Below are positions 45,905-57,974 of a stretch of DNA of 64,000 nucleotides, one piece after another. The position numbers and the translations under genes are program-made. The notes below the pieces were generated by a model that did no database searches, was not told the DNA's origin, and was given only the letters and a program-made list of their open reading frames with translations. Numbering within the stretch: position 1 is the stretch's first letter; every line of letters starts with the position of its first letter. Source of the DNA: Eledone cirrhosa (lineage: Eukaryota). Where the stretch lies: assembly GCA_964016885.1 (NCBI GenBank), contig OZ024743.1:352346001-352410000 (forward strand), given 5' to 3'.

Positions 45905-48900
45905 ATCATCATCATCATCATCATCGTTTAACGTCCATCTTCCACGTTTGCATGGGTTTGGACGGGAGTTTTCCCACTTGAGGCAAGATTGGTTGTCCTA
46001 CTCGTATAGGACTGTCTGGCGGGTTTTCTACGGCTGGATGCCCTTCCTAACACCAACCACGTTTACAGTGTGGACTGGGAGGTTTTTACCGTGTTACCTA
46101 CACGGCTACATTACAGCGTGGACTGTGTGTTTTTTTGTCGTGACACCTACACGACCTACTTTGTTTCGGACTGGATGTTGTGGTACCAACATAACTTCAC
46201 ATTTAAGGGGGTGGTGTGGATGGGGTGGGGTAGTGGGACGGGGGTGTATTTTGTTAGAGGTGCCTACTGACTGTAGGTTTCGCTTTGTAATTAGGCAAGG
46301 CGGGTCTTCTGTATAACTGTGTAGCGCCAAAGATCTCGGTCCAGTGACATTGTCTTGGAGAGGTGTAAGTGTGTGAGGTCGGAATTTATCAAATCGTCCC
46401 AGGTTTTTCTGGGTCTGCCTACTCCGTGGCTACCGTCTATTTTTATCGCCCTGCACTTTTTTATACAGCTGTCGTCTTTCATGCGCATCACGTGACCGTA
46501 CCAACCTAGTCTTCTCTTGAGTAAACAACATCTGGTCCCTCTTATTCCTAATTTCTCCATTAGTTCGTTTATGCTTTGCCGTTCACGTATATTACTATTA
46601 CACATCCAGCGGAGCATGCAAGCTTCATTTCTCTCCAGTCTGCGTATATCCTCTGCACACAATGCCCAGGTCTCACTCCATGTAACATTGCTGTTCGTAT
46701 GCAGGCATCATACAGCCTGCCTTTCATTTTTAGAGAGAACTCTTTAGCGGCCAATAGTGGTATAAGCTCTCTGAACTTTTTCGATCCCGTTCTGACTCTA
46801 GCTACTGTACATTCAGAGCACCCTCCACCACTGCTGATTTTGTCACCCAGGTAACGGAAGGTGTCCACTATTTCTATAGAACCATCTGTGCAATGGAATG
46901 AGCTAGTATTTTGTGGGCACTTGCTGCTACTTATTGCACCAGAGCACCGGCCACATATAAAATCTATATTCTTAGTTAGCTTCCCTGTGATCCCACTACA
47001 TCTTTTATGCACCCATACTTTGCATTTGGGACATAAAATGGAGTTTCTGCCCACTCCTTTCCTACACACTGAGCATGGCCATTTCCCAGATGGGACCGGT
47101 GCCCTATTTTCCTTCCTACAAACTAGAACTTTAGTCTTAGACAAGTTAACTTTAAGGCCTTTTGATTCTAGGCCATGCTTCCATGTTTGGAATTTCTTCT
47201 CTAGTTCAGCCATTGATTCAGCTATGAGCGTTAGATCATCTGCATATAGGAGTTCCCATGGGCAGCTAGTCTTGAACTCCTCTGTTATAGCCTGAAGGGC
47301 AATAATAAATAGTAGGGGGCTAAGAACGGAGCCCTGATGAACACCAACTTTTACGCTAAACTCTTCACTATATTCGTTGTTAATTCTAACCTTGCTGACT
47401 GTTTCTTTATACATGGCTTGTATAGCTCTCACAAGCCATTCATCAACACCTAGTTTTCTAAGAGCCCACCAGATAATGGAGCGAGGGACTCTGTCAAAGG
47501 CTTTCTCCAAGTCAACAAAAGCTAAGTATAGGGGTTTACTTTTAGCTAGGTACTTCTGCTGTAGTTGTCGTACAATGAAAAGAGCGTCTGTGGTACTTTT
47601 ACCTGACAGAAACCCGAACTGCATTTCATCTAGATCAATTCGTTCTCTGATTAGTTGCGCTATTACTTTTTCTGTGACCTTCATGACTTGGTCGATTAAT
47701 TTAATGCCTCTATAGTTACCCCTATCTAGGGCATCTCCTTTACCCTTGTAGCAGTTAATGATGATGCTGCTACGCCAGTCCTTCGGAACGGCCCCATTCT
47801 TTATGACTTGGTTTACTATCCGGGTGACCATAGTGTGTCCCACCGTTCCAGATGCTTTCAGCATTTCAGCAAATATTTCCGAAGGCCCAACCACCTTACC
47901 CGTCTTCATATCTTTGATTGCCTTACTTATTATACTACCTTCAACTAGCACTGCTTGTCCCTCTATTGGATCGATGTGGGGGAGACTGTCTTTCTCCCAT
48001 TTATTCTCCTCATTTAGTAGCCTTTCGTAGTGACACTTCCAAGCTACCTTCTTATCAGTGTCAGTGATGGCAAGTACACCATCATCATTAAGGACACACT
48101 TCTCCCCGAAAATATCACGGTTTTCCTTGACACATTGCCTAGCAATCCTGAACACCTCACGTATTTGGTCCTCGCGTTGTAGAACATGCTTGAACTTTTT
48201 TCCTCTGCTTCCCTTCTTGCGAAGTACACTTGTCTCCTAGCTTCCCTCCTGGCCACTTGATAATCTTCTCTACTTCCCCCACCCCGCCATACTTTCCAAG
48301 CCTGCTTTTTGGCCTTAATTGACTCCTCCACCTTACTGTTCCACAACCACGTTACTCTCCTCCTGCCTATAGGCCTGCTCCAGCCACAGACTTCATCTGC
48401 CGCCTTCAGCAGGTTAGCTTTCAGGAATTCCCACTGTTCTTCTATATTGTACGACTTTAATTGCTCTTCATTACTGTCGAAAGCATCAAGTAATATGCTT
48501 TTAAATTTATTACTGGCTGTGGGGTCCTTTAGCTTCCATATTTTTCTCCTGAGGATAGTCCTCCTCTGTTGTCGAATACGTCTTGTCCTGACTATGAGGT
48601 CGCTGACTATGAGTCTATGTTGGGTGGTGCATTCTTCATGGGGAGAGGGATTTAGTGTTTACAACAGACACTCTATCACGTCTTCTGGTAAGGATATAAT
48701 CTATCTGACTGGCGTGTTCCCCTGATCTATAGGTGATCAAGTGATTGTCTCGTTTTTTGAAGTTAGTGTTACAGATAGTTAGGTTATTTGCGTCACAGAA
48801 TTCCAGGATTCTGGAGCCTTCCTCATTTCTAGTACCAAACCCATAGCCTCCATGGATTCCGTCATAGCCGTCACAATGTTGTCCAACGTGACCATTTAGG

Positions 48901-48968
48901 TCGCCAGCAATAATTATATAGTCACTGTCGGTTATTTGGGAGGTAGTGAGCATCAATGTCTCATAGAA
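45905..48968 (-). mobile_element. RTE-clade LINE (APE C-part, RT, Cys-rich insert), (GAT)n tail, frameshifted
   Basis: GDLNGHVG, IDYIL, NYRGIKL, DLEKAFD, GVHQGSVLSP, YADD, CSVC...CPKC..WVHKRC, RLGWYGHV. Confidence 0.95.
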
Positions 48969-49990
48969 TCCTCAACAGTCAAACACCTCCTGGAATTCCT
49001 CAACAGTCAAACACCTCCTGGACTTCCGCCTCACGACCTGCAGCTAAAGGTTGGTGCGCCGGTTATGATGCTAAGGAACTTGGACTCTCCAACAATGTGC
49101 AACGGAACACGAATGATCATCAAATCGTTAAAGTCCAAAATTCTGGTTGCGACAATCTTGAACGGACCAGCTGCTGGCACAGACGTTCTAATTCCTCCAG
49201 TAAAACTCAGTCCATCTGACGTCGTCAACGAATTTACCCGATTGCAATATCCCATCAAACTCAGCTTTGTCATGACCATCAACAAGGCACAGGGACAATC
49301 GATGCAAGTGGTTGGACTGAATCTGAGTGAACAGGCATTCTCACATGGCCAACTGTACGTTGGATGTTCCCGAGTAGGAAGTCCGCGGGGACTCTTCATT
49401 CACTCAACAAAAAGAGAAGTTAAGAATGTTGTCTACCAAGAGGCTCTACAATGATAACGTTCTTCATTGCTAGCCTCTTTTCCGTGCCATACATGGTTCG
49501 ACTTCATGTTGATCTTCGCTTCTGTGCCAGCCCCATTTTAATTGAAAGGAGGGCAAATAAATGCACGTAAGTTTGTGATTATTAATTTGGTTGATTTTTA
49601 TGTTTGTCTTTGTTTGTGTTTTGTCTTTTCGGATTTCAATTTTTTTTACTTTCTTTTGGGTTTTCATATTTCTTTTTTCAACCTTATTTGACAGTAAATT
49701 TATTAGGATTTCGGTTTGTTATTCTGAATATTTTTTATTTTTCGTGTTCCCTTTTTGTGATTTTTGTTGGTTTCTTGGTTGAGAAAAGAAGTTGAATTCT
49801 TATCAGTGAACCAAATCTCCCGGGTAAAACCGGGTTAAACAGATTTTCATTTCTAAATTCTATTATCATTACAACTTTGACATATTTTATATAAAATGAA
49901 TATGAAAAAAAAAAAACATCTTCATATTTATTGTTTACTAATTTGAATAAAAACAGCAGTAACCTGGGCAACGCCGGGTCATTCAGATAG
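48969..49990 (+). mobile_element. Helitron 3' fragment (Pif1-type helicase C-terminus plus terminal hairpin)
   Basis: LKVGAPVMMLRNL, MTINKAQGQS, FSHGQLYVGCSRV, NVVYQEAL; hairpin ACCTGG-GCAACG-CCGGGT (49962-49979), then ATAG|T (CTAG variant). Confidence 0.9.
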
Positions 49991-50068
49991 TATATTTATA
50001 TAATATAATATAATATATATAGATATATATAATATATATATAATATAATATATATATATATATATATA

Positions 50069-50590
50069 ACGAAGGAAGTGTGGTAAGGAACCAGATGGAC
50101 CATAACGCACCAGAGTACTCAATACTTAGGGTAGTAGAGTGGGTAATAGGAAAATGTTTAACCCCGACGGCAGAGCTCAAGCCGTTTCGACGGCTATTAA
50201 ATTAGAATTTTTAGCGTGGTAATAAATAGCCGAACTTTTGAAGGGCTAAATCCTTATATGGGAAGATTGTAGTTGTCAAAAGGATTGGTCAAAATTTCTT
50301 GTAAACACAATTAGATCTTTCATAGCAGTGGGTGGGGGGTGGTGGTGGCTGAACTTGCCTGTAGAACAAGTGGGTGGAGCCGGTCAAGGGTTGAAAGTGA
50401 ATTCTATACAGCAAACTCTAAGGAGTGTGTATGAAATTAGGCTAGTTAGGAAGCAGTTGGACGTTATAGAAATGGTTAATAAATTGAGATTAAAAGATAA
50501 TAAATAAATAAAAAATTAAATTAAATAGTAAAAATAATAAAAAAAATCTCTAGAATCTATTGCGTTTTCGGCCAATGCTATATATAATTT
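50069..50590 (-). mobile_element. Possible Penelope-like element 3' end
   Basis: KLYIALAENAIDSRD resembles a GIY-YIG C-terminus; structured tail with CGAAAC motif; flanked by (TA)n. Confidence 0.4.
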
Positions 50591-50910
50591 ACACCCCACC
50601 CAGCCCATTGTCACCCCCCCCCCCCCCGAAAAGCTTATAGCATCGTTTTTTACCCACAATGAATCTAGCAGACCCACCCCTCCACCTGGTCTCTTGGATA
50701 CAGCAAACATCAACCTCCCTACGTTCAAGCATTCTACAACCTCGCTAGAGCGACCTTTTAAGGTGCCTACATTCATGGTACCAACTCTGAAGTTTTGGAT
50801 TGCGTTTGGTGGGTGGGAACGGTGGGGCGCGGGGATGGGTGAGGGGGATGGGGTTGGGGTTATGTTGGCCATCTGCGGCCGAAACAAAGAGGAGGAGTCC
50901 TTGCCTTTTC
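50591..50910 (-). mobile_element. RTE LINE 5' fragment (endonuclease N-terminus)
   Basis: FRVGTMNVGTLKGRSSEVVE; same strand and order as 45905-48968. Confidence 0.8.
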
Positions 50911-50912
50911 GT

Positions 50913-50978
50913 CTGAGCTCAAGCCGTTTCGACGGCTAATTCTGTCCAGAATTAGCCGTCGAAACGGCTTGAGCTCAG
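50913..50978. repeat. Perfect hairpin, 32-bp arms with 2-nt loop
   Basis: CTGAGCTCAAGCCGTTTCGACGGCTAATTCTG-TC-reverse complement. Confidence 0.95.
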
Positions 50979-51045
50979 TCGGCTTGGTCCTACTCGTTCC
51001 TCTATATATATATATAGTTATGTAATAAACAACATAAGATAATAT

Positions 51046-51107
51046 TTCATTTACCAGTGGTTTCTTGAAGACAGATATTTATATCTGTCTTCAGTCGTCA
51101 GAATAAA
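51046..51107 (-). ncRNA. Type I hammerhead ribozyme candidate
   Basis: Minus strand reads UUUAUU-CUGACGA-C-[13-bp stem II]-A-GAAA-CC-ACU-GG-UA-AAUGAA. Confidence 0.7.
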
Positions 51108-51377
51108 TAACATAGAATGTTTATTAAATATGGATTTGAAAACAAAATTTAGGAAATATGAGAGTGAGGCTGAAATCAAAAAACGGGCAAAAAATTGAGG
51201 GGAAAAAAATATATAAATAAATATCCAGAACATAGACATACACACACTCAAACACACGCTTATACGTAATAGTACGTTAACGTATCCATTCTCACATAAG
51301 TGTATGTGCGTCTACATGGAAAAACGAACACACATATAAACGTGTGATCTTTTGCTCACATATGTGCCCATATATAT

Positions 51378-52314
51378 ACTAGACATGAAAAATGCGCAAG
51401 CTCAAAAGTGCCACAGAATGTTATAATAAACCTTCAAAAGTGTGGGACTAGAGTTGTTGCTAAAAAATATTGTAATCATTATATATCGTACATTCTGTGG
51501 CATCCTTTATAAAAATAGCTTAAACCAATGGAGCCTTTATTTTTACGCTATTTCACTTAGTTAATTCTTAGAGTGTAACATATAAAAATATGATTTACAA
51601 CTATAAAATAAATTAATTAATATAATAACAGAGCTGCGGAGCTGAAATTTAGGAAATAATGGAGTATCGGATCCTGAGTTGGAGCCAGTCAATTTTTGGC
51701 CGACTCCGCAGTCCTGTATAATACATTTCATATTAAAGTTATTAATAAACCTATTTTACACTGCATGCAAATTACCATGAGATATTGATATTAGATATAA
51801 GATACAGCGCAATATCTACAGCTGTAAAAGTACAAAAGCGAAGTAATAATAAGTGGCTTAAGGTAATTCCAATATGAAAGTTTGTAGTGATAAAAATTTG
51901 ATAATGCAATACGATTGTTAATATTATAGTTCTATGAAAATGTAACAATAGATAACTAAATTATTTTACTATTAGTATATTTAAGAAATTATCATTATAG
52001 ATTTGATCGTTCATATAAGCATCATATTAATTTTCAACACAATTATTTTGTTACTATGAGTATATGATAATAATATTACGTAATTATTTATAGCTGTTAT
52101 TACATTAAACATAGATGTATTTAAGAATTAACTAAGTGAAATAGCGTAAAAATAAAGGCTTCGTTGGTTTAAGCTATTTTTATAAAGGATGCCACAGAAT
52201 GTACGATATATAATGATTACAATATTTTTTAGCAACAACTCTAGTCCCACACTTTTGAAGGTTTATTATAACATTCTGTGGCACTTTTGAGCTTGCGCAT
52301 TTTTCATGTCTAGT
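51378..52314. repeat. 193-bp inverted repeats (51378-51570, 52122-52314)
   Basis: ACTAGACATGAAAAATGCGC.../...GCGCATTTTTCATGTCTAGT with two mismatches. Confidence 0.92.
51629..51716. mobile_element. 88-bp hAT-like MITE
   Basis: TIRs CAGAGCTGCGGAG / CTCCGCAGTCCTG; 8-bp TSD TATAATAA / TATAATAC. Confidence 0.7.
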
Positions 52315-52871
52315 TTAATATTTTTTTAAGGCAACGCTTGTAATAACTCTAGTTAAACAGGATATATATTAATAATAAATTATCGTTGTAATGTAATTAG
52401 ATTATGTAATTGTTATTATAAATTATCTTATAAATATTAGTGTAAGATGTATAAAAATATTTTCAGACTTTTAATATAAACAACTACAAAAAACAATCAA
52501 TATTAAATCAATATATTATACATTATAGAAAACATAAAATAAACAATACAAAAACAAAATATTTACATACAATTGCAATTATCAGTGTATATACATTTTC
52601 TTTATATTCCCTGAGCAAATTAATAAGATTTGTTTTTATTGTACATAATTTGATGACTTGTTGGAGTGTATTAAAAGATAGCAACAATTTGTGATTAAAT
52701 TGTTATCTTAAGCAACTCACTTTTTAATAGTTGTTGGCTGAGCGAAATTGTAAAAGCCTATGAGCAAATATAAAAAAAAATACACAAACAACATTTCCTT
52801 GTGTTATTACAACATTAGATAAAATAATTGAGCAATGTCGTTATATTTTGCTTTTATTGCACATTAATAGT

Positions 52872-53037
52872 GTTTCTATTTTTCGGCACAAATCCATTAC
52901 GGCAGTCCATTACTGGTACTTTATTTTATCGAATTAGTAAGTATGAAAGTCGAAGTTAACCTCGGCAGGATTTGAACTTAGAATGCAAAGGACCATAACA
53001 ATACTGCAAAGCATGGTGTCTGACGCTCTACCAATAC
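52872..53037 (-). mobile_element. Diverged tRNA-derived SINE
   Basis: Reverse complement of the family core and B-box. Confidence 0.8.
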
Positions 53038-53506
53038 TTGTGTTGAGCTGGTCATTAATTTATGGTGGTCGTGCGTGGAGTAGAGCAATCGCTAGTTGAA
53101 ATATTATGAACAAAACATTTTTATTTGCCGAAGAACATATTTTCAATACTGTTTGTGAATGTGACGAAGGAAATACATTCTGATATGGAACAGTGTACAA
53201 AGTGTGTCTGTGAATAACATAATGTTACCTCATGTTGTTGTCAAGACATAATGGATTTCGTATATCCAGTTAGAAGATGAAACCTAGCCATCTCGGATTA
53301 GTTATATTTCATGCCATGTGTAAACGTGTTTGAGGATAGCAAAATATGCGTGTTTCTTGTCTGGAAACTTTCTGCTAAACTGATTGGTTTCGTTTTTGGC
53401 ACTATACAATACTCATCCAACAGATAGCTGTATTGGATCCTTGATTGGTTAATATTTAGGTGAGGGTGCTTGATGCAGAGTTAGTGCAAAATGGATCAAT
53501 GAGTGT

Positions 53507-54160
53507 AATAATAATAATGATAATAATAATGAAAATATTGTGTACAATGCTGAGGTGCACTACAACTCATCAAAAGTGCATATATAATACATAGGGTAAT
53601 ATAAAAACGTCATGAAAAAAGAACAGTGCATGAGTCATGATATACACATATGTGCATGTGTATGGAAGGGGGACATCAGGTGTAGTTTTGGTGTATTTCG
53701 GAATGTATGATGGTTTTAAAGGATGCAGTGTGTCATCAGCTAACAACTGATGCAGGAAGTTTGTTCCATCCTTCAGCAACTCTGAGCATGAAGAAATATT
53801 TCCTAAAGTCATGGGAGCTGTGTTGTTTTCTGACTTTGTAGGTATGTCCACGTGTTAGACACATGGAGATCAAAAAGGTGTTCGGGGTTGTTGTTGGTCG
53901 GATGGTTAATAACTTTGTGGGTGTTTACCAAGTCCATTGCCAGAGGGAAGCAAAATATTCAGGGTATAGTAGGTGTCTGATGGAGGGTATGCGCTTGGTT
54001 GCATGTCTCTGAACAGTTTCCAGGAGGTCAATGTTCTGAGCAAGATAGGGGTTCCAGACTGATGACGCGAACTCCAAGTGTATTCGTACCATAGATGTAT
54101 ACAGCTTTAAATAGATGGCTGGAGAGCAGCTAATGAAGGTCTTGCTGATTGATGCCAAGT
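53507..54160 (-). mobile_element. CR1-like LINE 3' fragment with (ATT)n tail
   Basis: LYTSMVRIHLEFASSVWNPY...LETVQRHATK. Confidence 0.8.
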
Positions 54161-55111
54161 CAATCTTAATAAATTGACTGATTTATCTGTTCACTACTGC
54201 TAATCCACCGCTGTTTGTACAATTTTTTAGATAATGTCAATTTGAGCTTGAATCATTGGCGTAATGAAATTTGAAAAGATTATAAGCAAATCTTTTTTAA
54301 AATACACAGACAACATTTAACTGTATCGTTGCAACATTAGATCTAATAATGGAGCAACATTTGTGCAGAATTATTGTTTGTGCAATAAGATATTTGCAGA
54401 TCTGTACTTGGTCAGCTCTTTAGCCAACTCGGTACGTTTAGAAGCTCTACGCTCGGCTTGCTTTTGAGATATAATGCTGAATTTGCAGATCTATACTTGG
54501 CCTGCTTGTTTGCCAACTCATACCGTTTTGAACATCTATACTTGGCCTGTTTTTGTGTTAATTTAGCAAAATTCACAGCTCTATAATCGGCCTGTTTTTG
54601 TCTCAACTTCTCCCGATTCCGCATCCGGTAAGCTGCTTTCACATCCAATTTAATACGCCCATCTAGATTATTAGCACAGGAATGTGAACAAGCTTGTGGG
54701 ACCGCATCATTGTAAGTATATGAACTGCCTGCAACATCAAGACCCAATTCACAAGTGCAGCGTTGCTCATTCACATCGGCAGTGGGGACACCAAAATCAG
54801 TGACAGGTCTCGATTCACTCGCGAGATACATCACAGCTACACTATATATTTAAACATATATACAGTGATACCTCGCTACTTGGCGGTTCAACTATCGCGG
54901 ATTCACGATTTCGCGCATTTTTAGAATATATATATGAACACCTAAAATTTTTCATTAAATCCATTAAAATATTAATAATAAACACAGTTCTAATCATACG
55001 CTATATATATATATATATAAATATAAGTAATTAATACCGTATAAATGGTACAAAGACTGTTTATGTAAAATGTATTTCTCAACAGAGTATTGAATACTTA
55101 GGAGAAATTCA

Positions 55112-55321
55112 AAACGAAGAGTGATAAAATTTCAAGCAAAGAGTTTAATTAGGTAATGACTTACAAATTTGTTTCAGTATATAGACAAAGCCTGAAGCGC
55201 TAATTATAATAATTAGTTAATAATATTACAAAATATATTAATATTATATTAAATATATACTGAAACAAATTTGTAAGTCATTACCTAATTAAACTCTTTG
55301 CTTGAAATGTTATCATTCTTC

Positions 55322-55325
<4 letters not shown>
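55112..55325. repeat. 72-bp inverted repeat with 70-bp spacer
   Basis: 55112-55183 versus 55254-55325, two mismatches. Confidence 0.9.
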
Positions 55326-55358
<33 letters not shown>

Positions 55359-55519
55359 TAGATATATAGATATATATATAGATATATAGATATATATATA
55401 GATATATATATAGATATATATATATATATATATATATAGATATATATATATATATATATAGATATATATATATATATAGAGAGAGATATAGAGATATATA
55501 TATAGAGATATATATATAT

Positions 55520-55578
<59 letters not shown>

Positions 55579-55627
55579 TATATATATATATATAGATATA
55601 TATATATATAGATATATATATATATAT

Positions 55628-55702
<75 letters not shown>

Positions 55703-55829
55703 TAGAGAGATATATATATATAGAGATATATATATATAGATATATATATATATATAGAGATATATATATAGAGAGATATATATATATAGAGATATAGATA
55801 TATATAGATATATATATATAGATATATAT
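55326..55829. repeat. About 500-bp compound (TA)n/(GA)n microsatellite
   Basis: Direct reading. Confidence 0.97.
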
Positions 55830-56399
55830 AAATTGGAATAAATGCTCTGAAATAGCGATATATATGTGAATATAGACATAGAATATTCGAAAATATTCTG
55901 TATGTTTATAATAAACATTTTGAAGACCTAATCGCTATAGAATAGAATACGTCACGTATTACAATTAGATTCTTGCTTTTATCGAGAATCTAATTGTAAT
56001 ACGTGACGTATTCTATTCTATAGCGATTAGGTCTTCAAAATGTTTATTATAAACATACAGAATATTTTCGAATATTCTATGTCTATATTCACATATATAT
56101 CGCTATTTCAGAGCATTTATTCCAATTTCTAATTTCTGCCGGACCGGCAACCGCTCTTTCAAACCAGTTCCTGTACACAGCTAAGTATTCTATAAGTCTC
56201 TAGCTGTGTCATTCTCGATAAAAGCACTGGATATGTGGTCCTGATGATTTCTAACAAGAATGAAACGCGTTAGATTACTTCCCTTGCTTTTATCGAGAAT
56301 CTAATTGTAATACGTGACGTATTCTATTCTATAGCGATTAGGTCTTCAAAATGTTTATTATAAACATACAGAATATTTTCGAATATTCTATGTCTATAT
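55830..56399 (+). mobile_element. Hammerhead-containing non-coding retroelement (retrozyme / Penelope pLTR-like)
   Basis: 144-bp inverted 5' segment, a 311-bp unit (55972-56282) and a 117-bp partial second unit; (TA)n on both sides. Confidence 0.8.
56211..56300 (+). ncRNA. Type I hammerhead ribozyme candidate with extended stem I
   Basis: CTGATGA (56241-56247), stem II TTCT-AACA-AGAA, GAAACGCGTT, stem I GTGGTC/GATTAC, perfect 16-bp outer helix 56211-56226/56285-56300. Confidence 0.78.
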
Positions 56400-57429
56400 A
56401 TAGATATATATATATATATAGAGAGAGGGAGATTTATCTAGTCCTTCGCTCAAGATTAATCTATAAGTTTAGATGTCTGCCTTCGTTTAAGTAAATATTA
56501 CAGTAAGATTTTTAATATAAACAACTACAAAAAACAATTAATATTAAAACGAAAAAATTATCAATGATAAAAGAAGCGGATGCAACTTTTTTTTTTATAA
56601 AGTTATATTCCTGTTTCTTTAAAGAACATTTCATTTTTGTTCTATTGTAGGCGAAATAATGCAATGGTTTAATAGGGAAGATATAACTTACCAATTATGT
56701 CTCTAACCGTGTAACGCTTTTTAAGTAGATAACTACAATTGAAAATACTAAAGAAATGGAACCAACAATTCAATTTGAAAGTCGTCTACTTATAGTGACA
56801 GTGTATTACTGGTACTTTATTTTATCGACCCCGTAACGATGAAAGGCAAAAATACAAATGCTTAAAATTTAAATTGCCTTAATTCTATCGTCTGCTGTTT
56901 CATTAAAGGGAGATTCTCGTCTGTATTTAATTCTATCGTCTACTGTTCCACTAAACAGATATACCTCCACTATCGTCTCTATTTATACATTTTAACTTAT
57001 AACTTATACACATTTGATTTGAAATATTTTATCTAGTCCCCCCTCTCAATATTATGATGATTTCTTTCGAATGAAACAGTTCTAGTCCTGTAGAAGCCAT
57101 TTATATATATAATTGAACTGAGTTAAAAATTCACAATATTTATAATTAAATAAGCTCATATATATATATGTGTGTATTTATCTGTTTATTGTATTATATA
57201 TAATGTGTGTATATACAGGATGTCCCCCAAAAATATATACACACTTCAACAGCATTCTAATAACTATTGCCTGTACAGGTAATCAAAGTGTCAATCGAAT
57301 GTTAGTTTCGTGTTTTAACAGTACAAATTTACAATACACACATAAAACCAGTATATATACATACATGAGTGTGTATACACATACATGAATGTGTATATAC
57401 AATATATATGTATATATATATATAGACAC

Positions 57430-57771
57430 ATATATTCACGGTGCAACGGAACATTAAAATATAGATGCGGGAGGGGGGGTATATATATAGGGGCGCTGGG
57501 GATAAAGGAGTGTAAAGCGTGTGTAATTGATATATTGAAGGAGAGGAGCGTGCAGCGATAGAGTAACAAATATATAGAGAGGGGGAGAGATGGTATTGAA
57601 GGGGAGGAGTGCAAAGCGAAAAAGTAAGAGAGATATATATAGAGACGGAACAGATAGAGAGAAACAGGCGTAAGTAACAGTGGAAGAGATATATAGAGAG
57701 GGGGAAATGTGTTATTGAAGGGGAGGAGTGTAAAACGAAAACGTAAGATATATATGGAGAGAGGGGGAATA

Positions 57772-57775
<4 letters not shown>
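57430..57775. repeat. GA-rich degenerate minisatellite (about 60-bp unit)
   Basis: TATTGAAGGGGAGGAGTG-like motif recurring near 57532, 57594 and 57713. Confidence 0.65.
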
Positions 57776-57807
<32 letters not shown>

Positions 57808-57974
57808 ACACTTACTCTGATTGGTTGAAAATTAGCCAATGACATACGATCACCACCACCACGGCTATCCCCGGAAAACTTATGAAGAAGCTAGGCATAT
57901 ATGTTATTATGTTATTAAGAACACGAAAAGTGAACATTCTGTTGTTTCACACTTTTCGTGTTCTAACAGATATA

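Noticed and set aside
48936-49454. Host PIF1 helicase gene
   Set aside because: Intronless C-terminal fragment followed by a Helitron hairpin terminus; its N-terminus is borrowed from antisense RTE.
54861-54925. Tc1/Tigger-like TIR starts here and at about 57216
   Set aside because: No matching second TIR found, so no element could be delimited.
55313-55918. 201-aa ORF and similar YI/CV-rich ORFs (373-648, 57315-57845, 59933-60364)
   Set aside because: Translations of (TA)n and (CA)n microsatellites.
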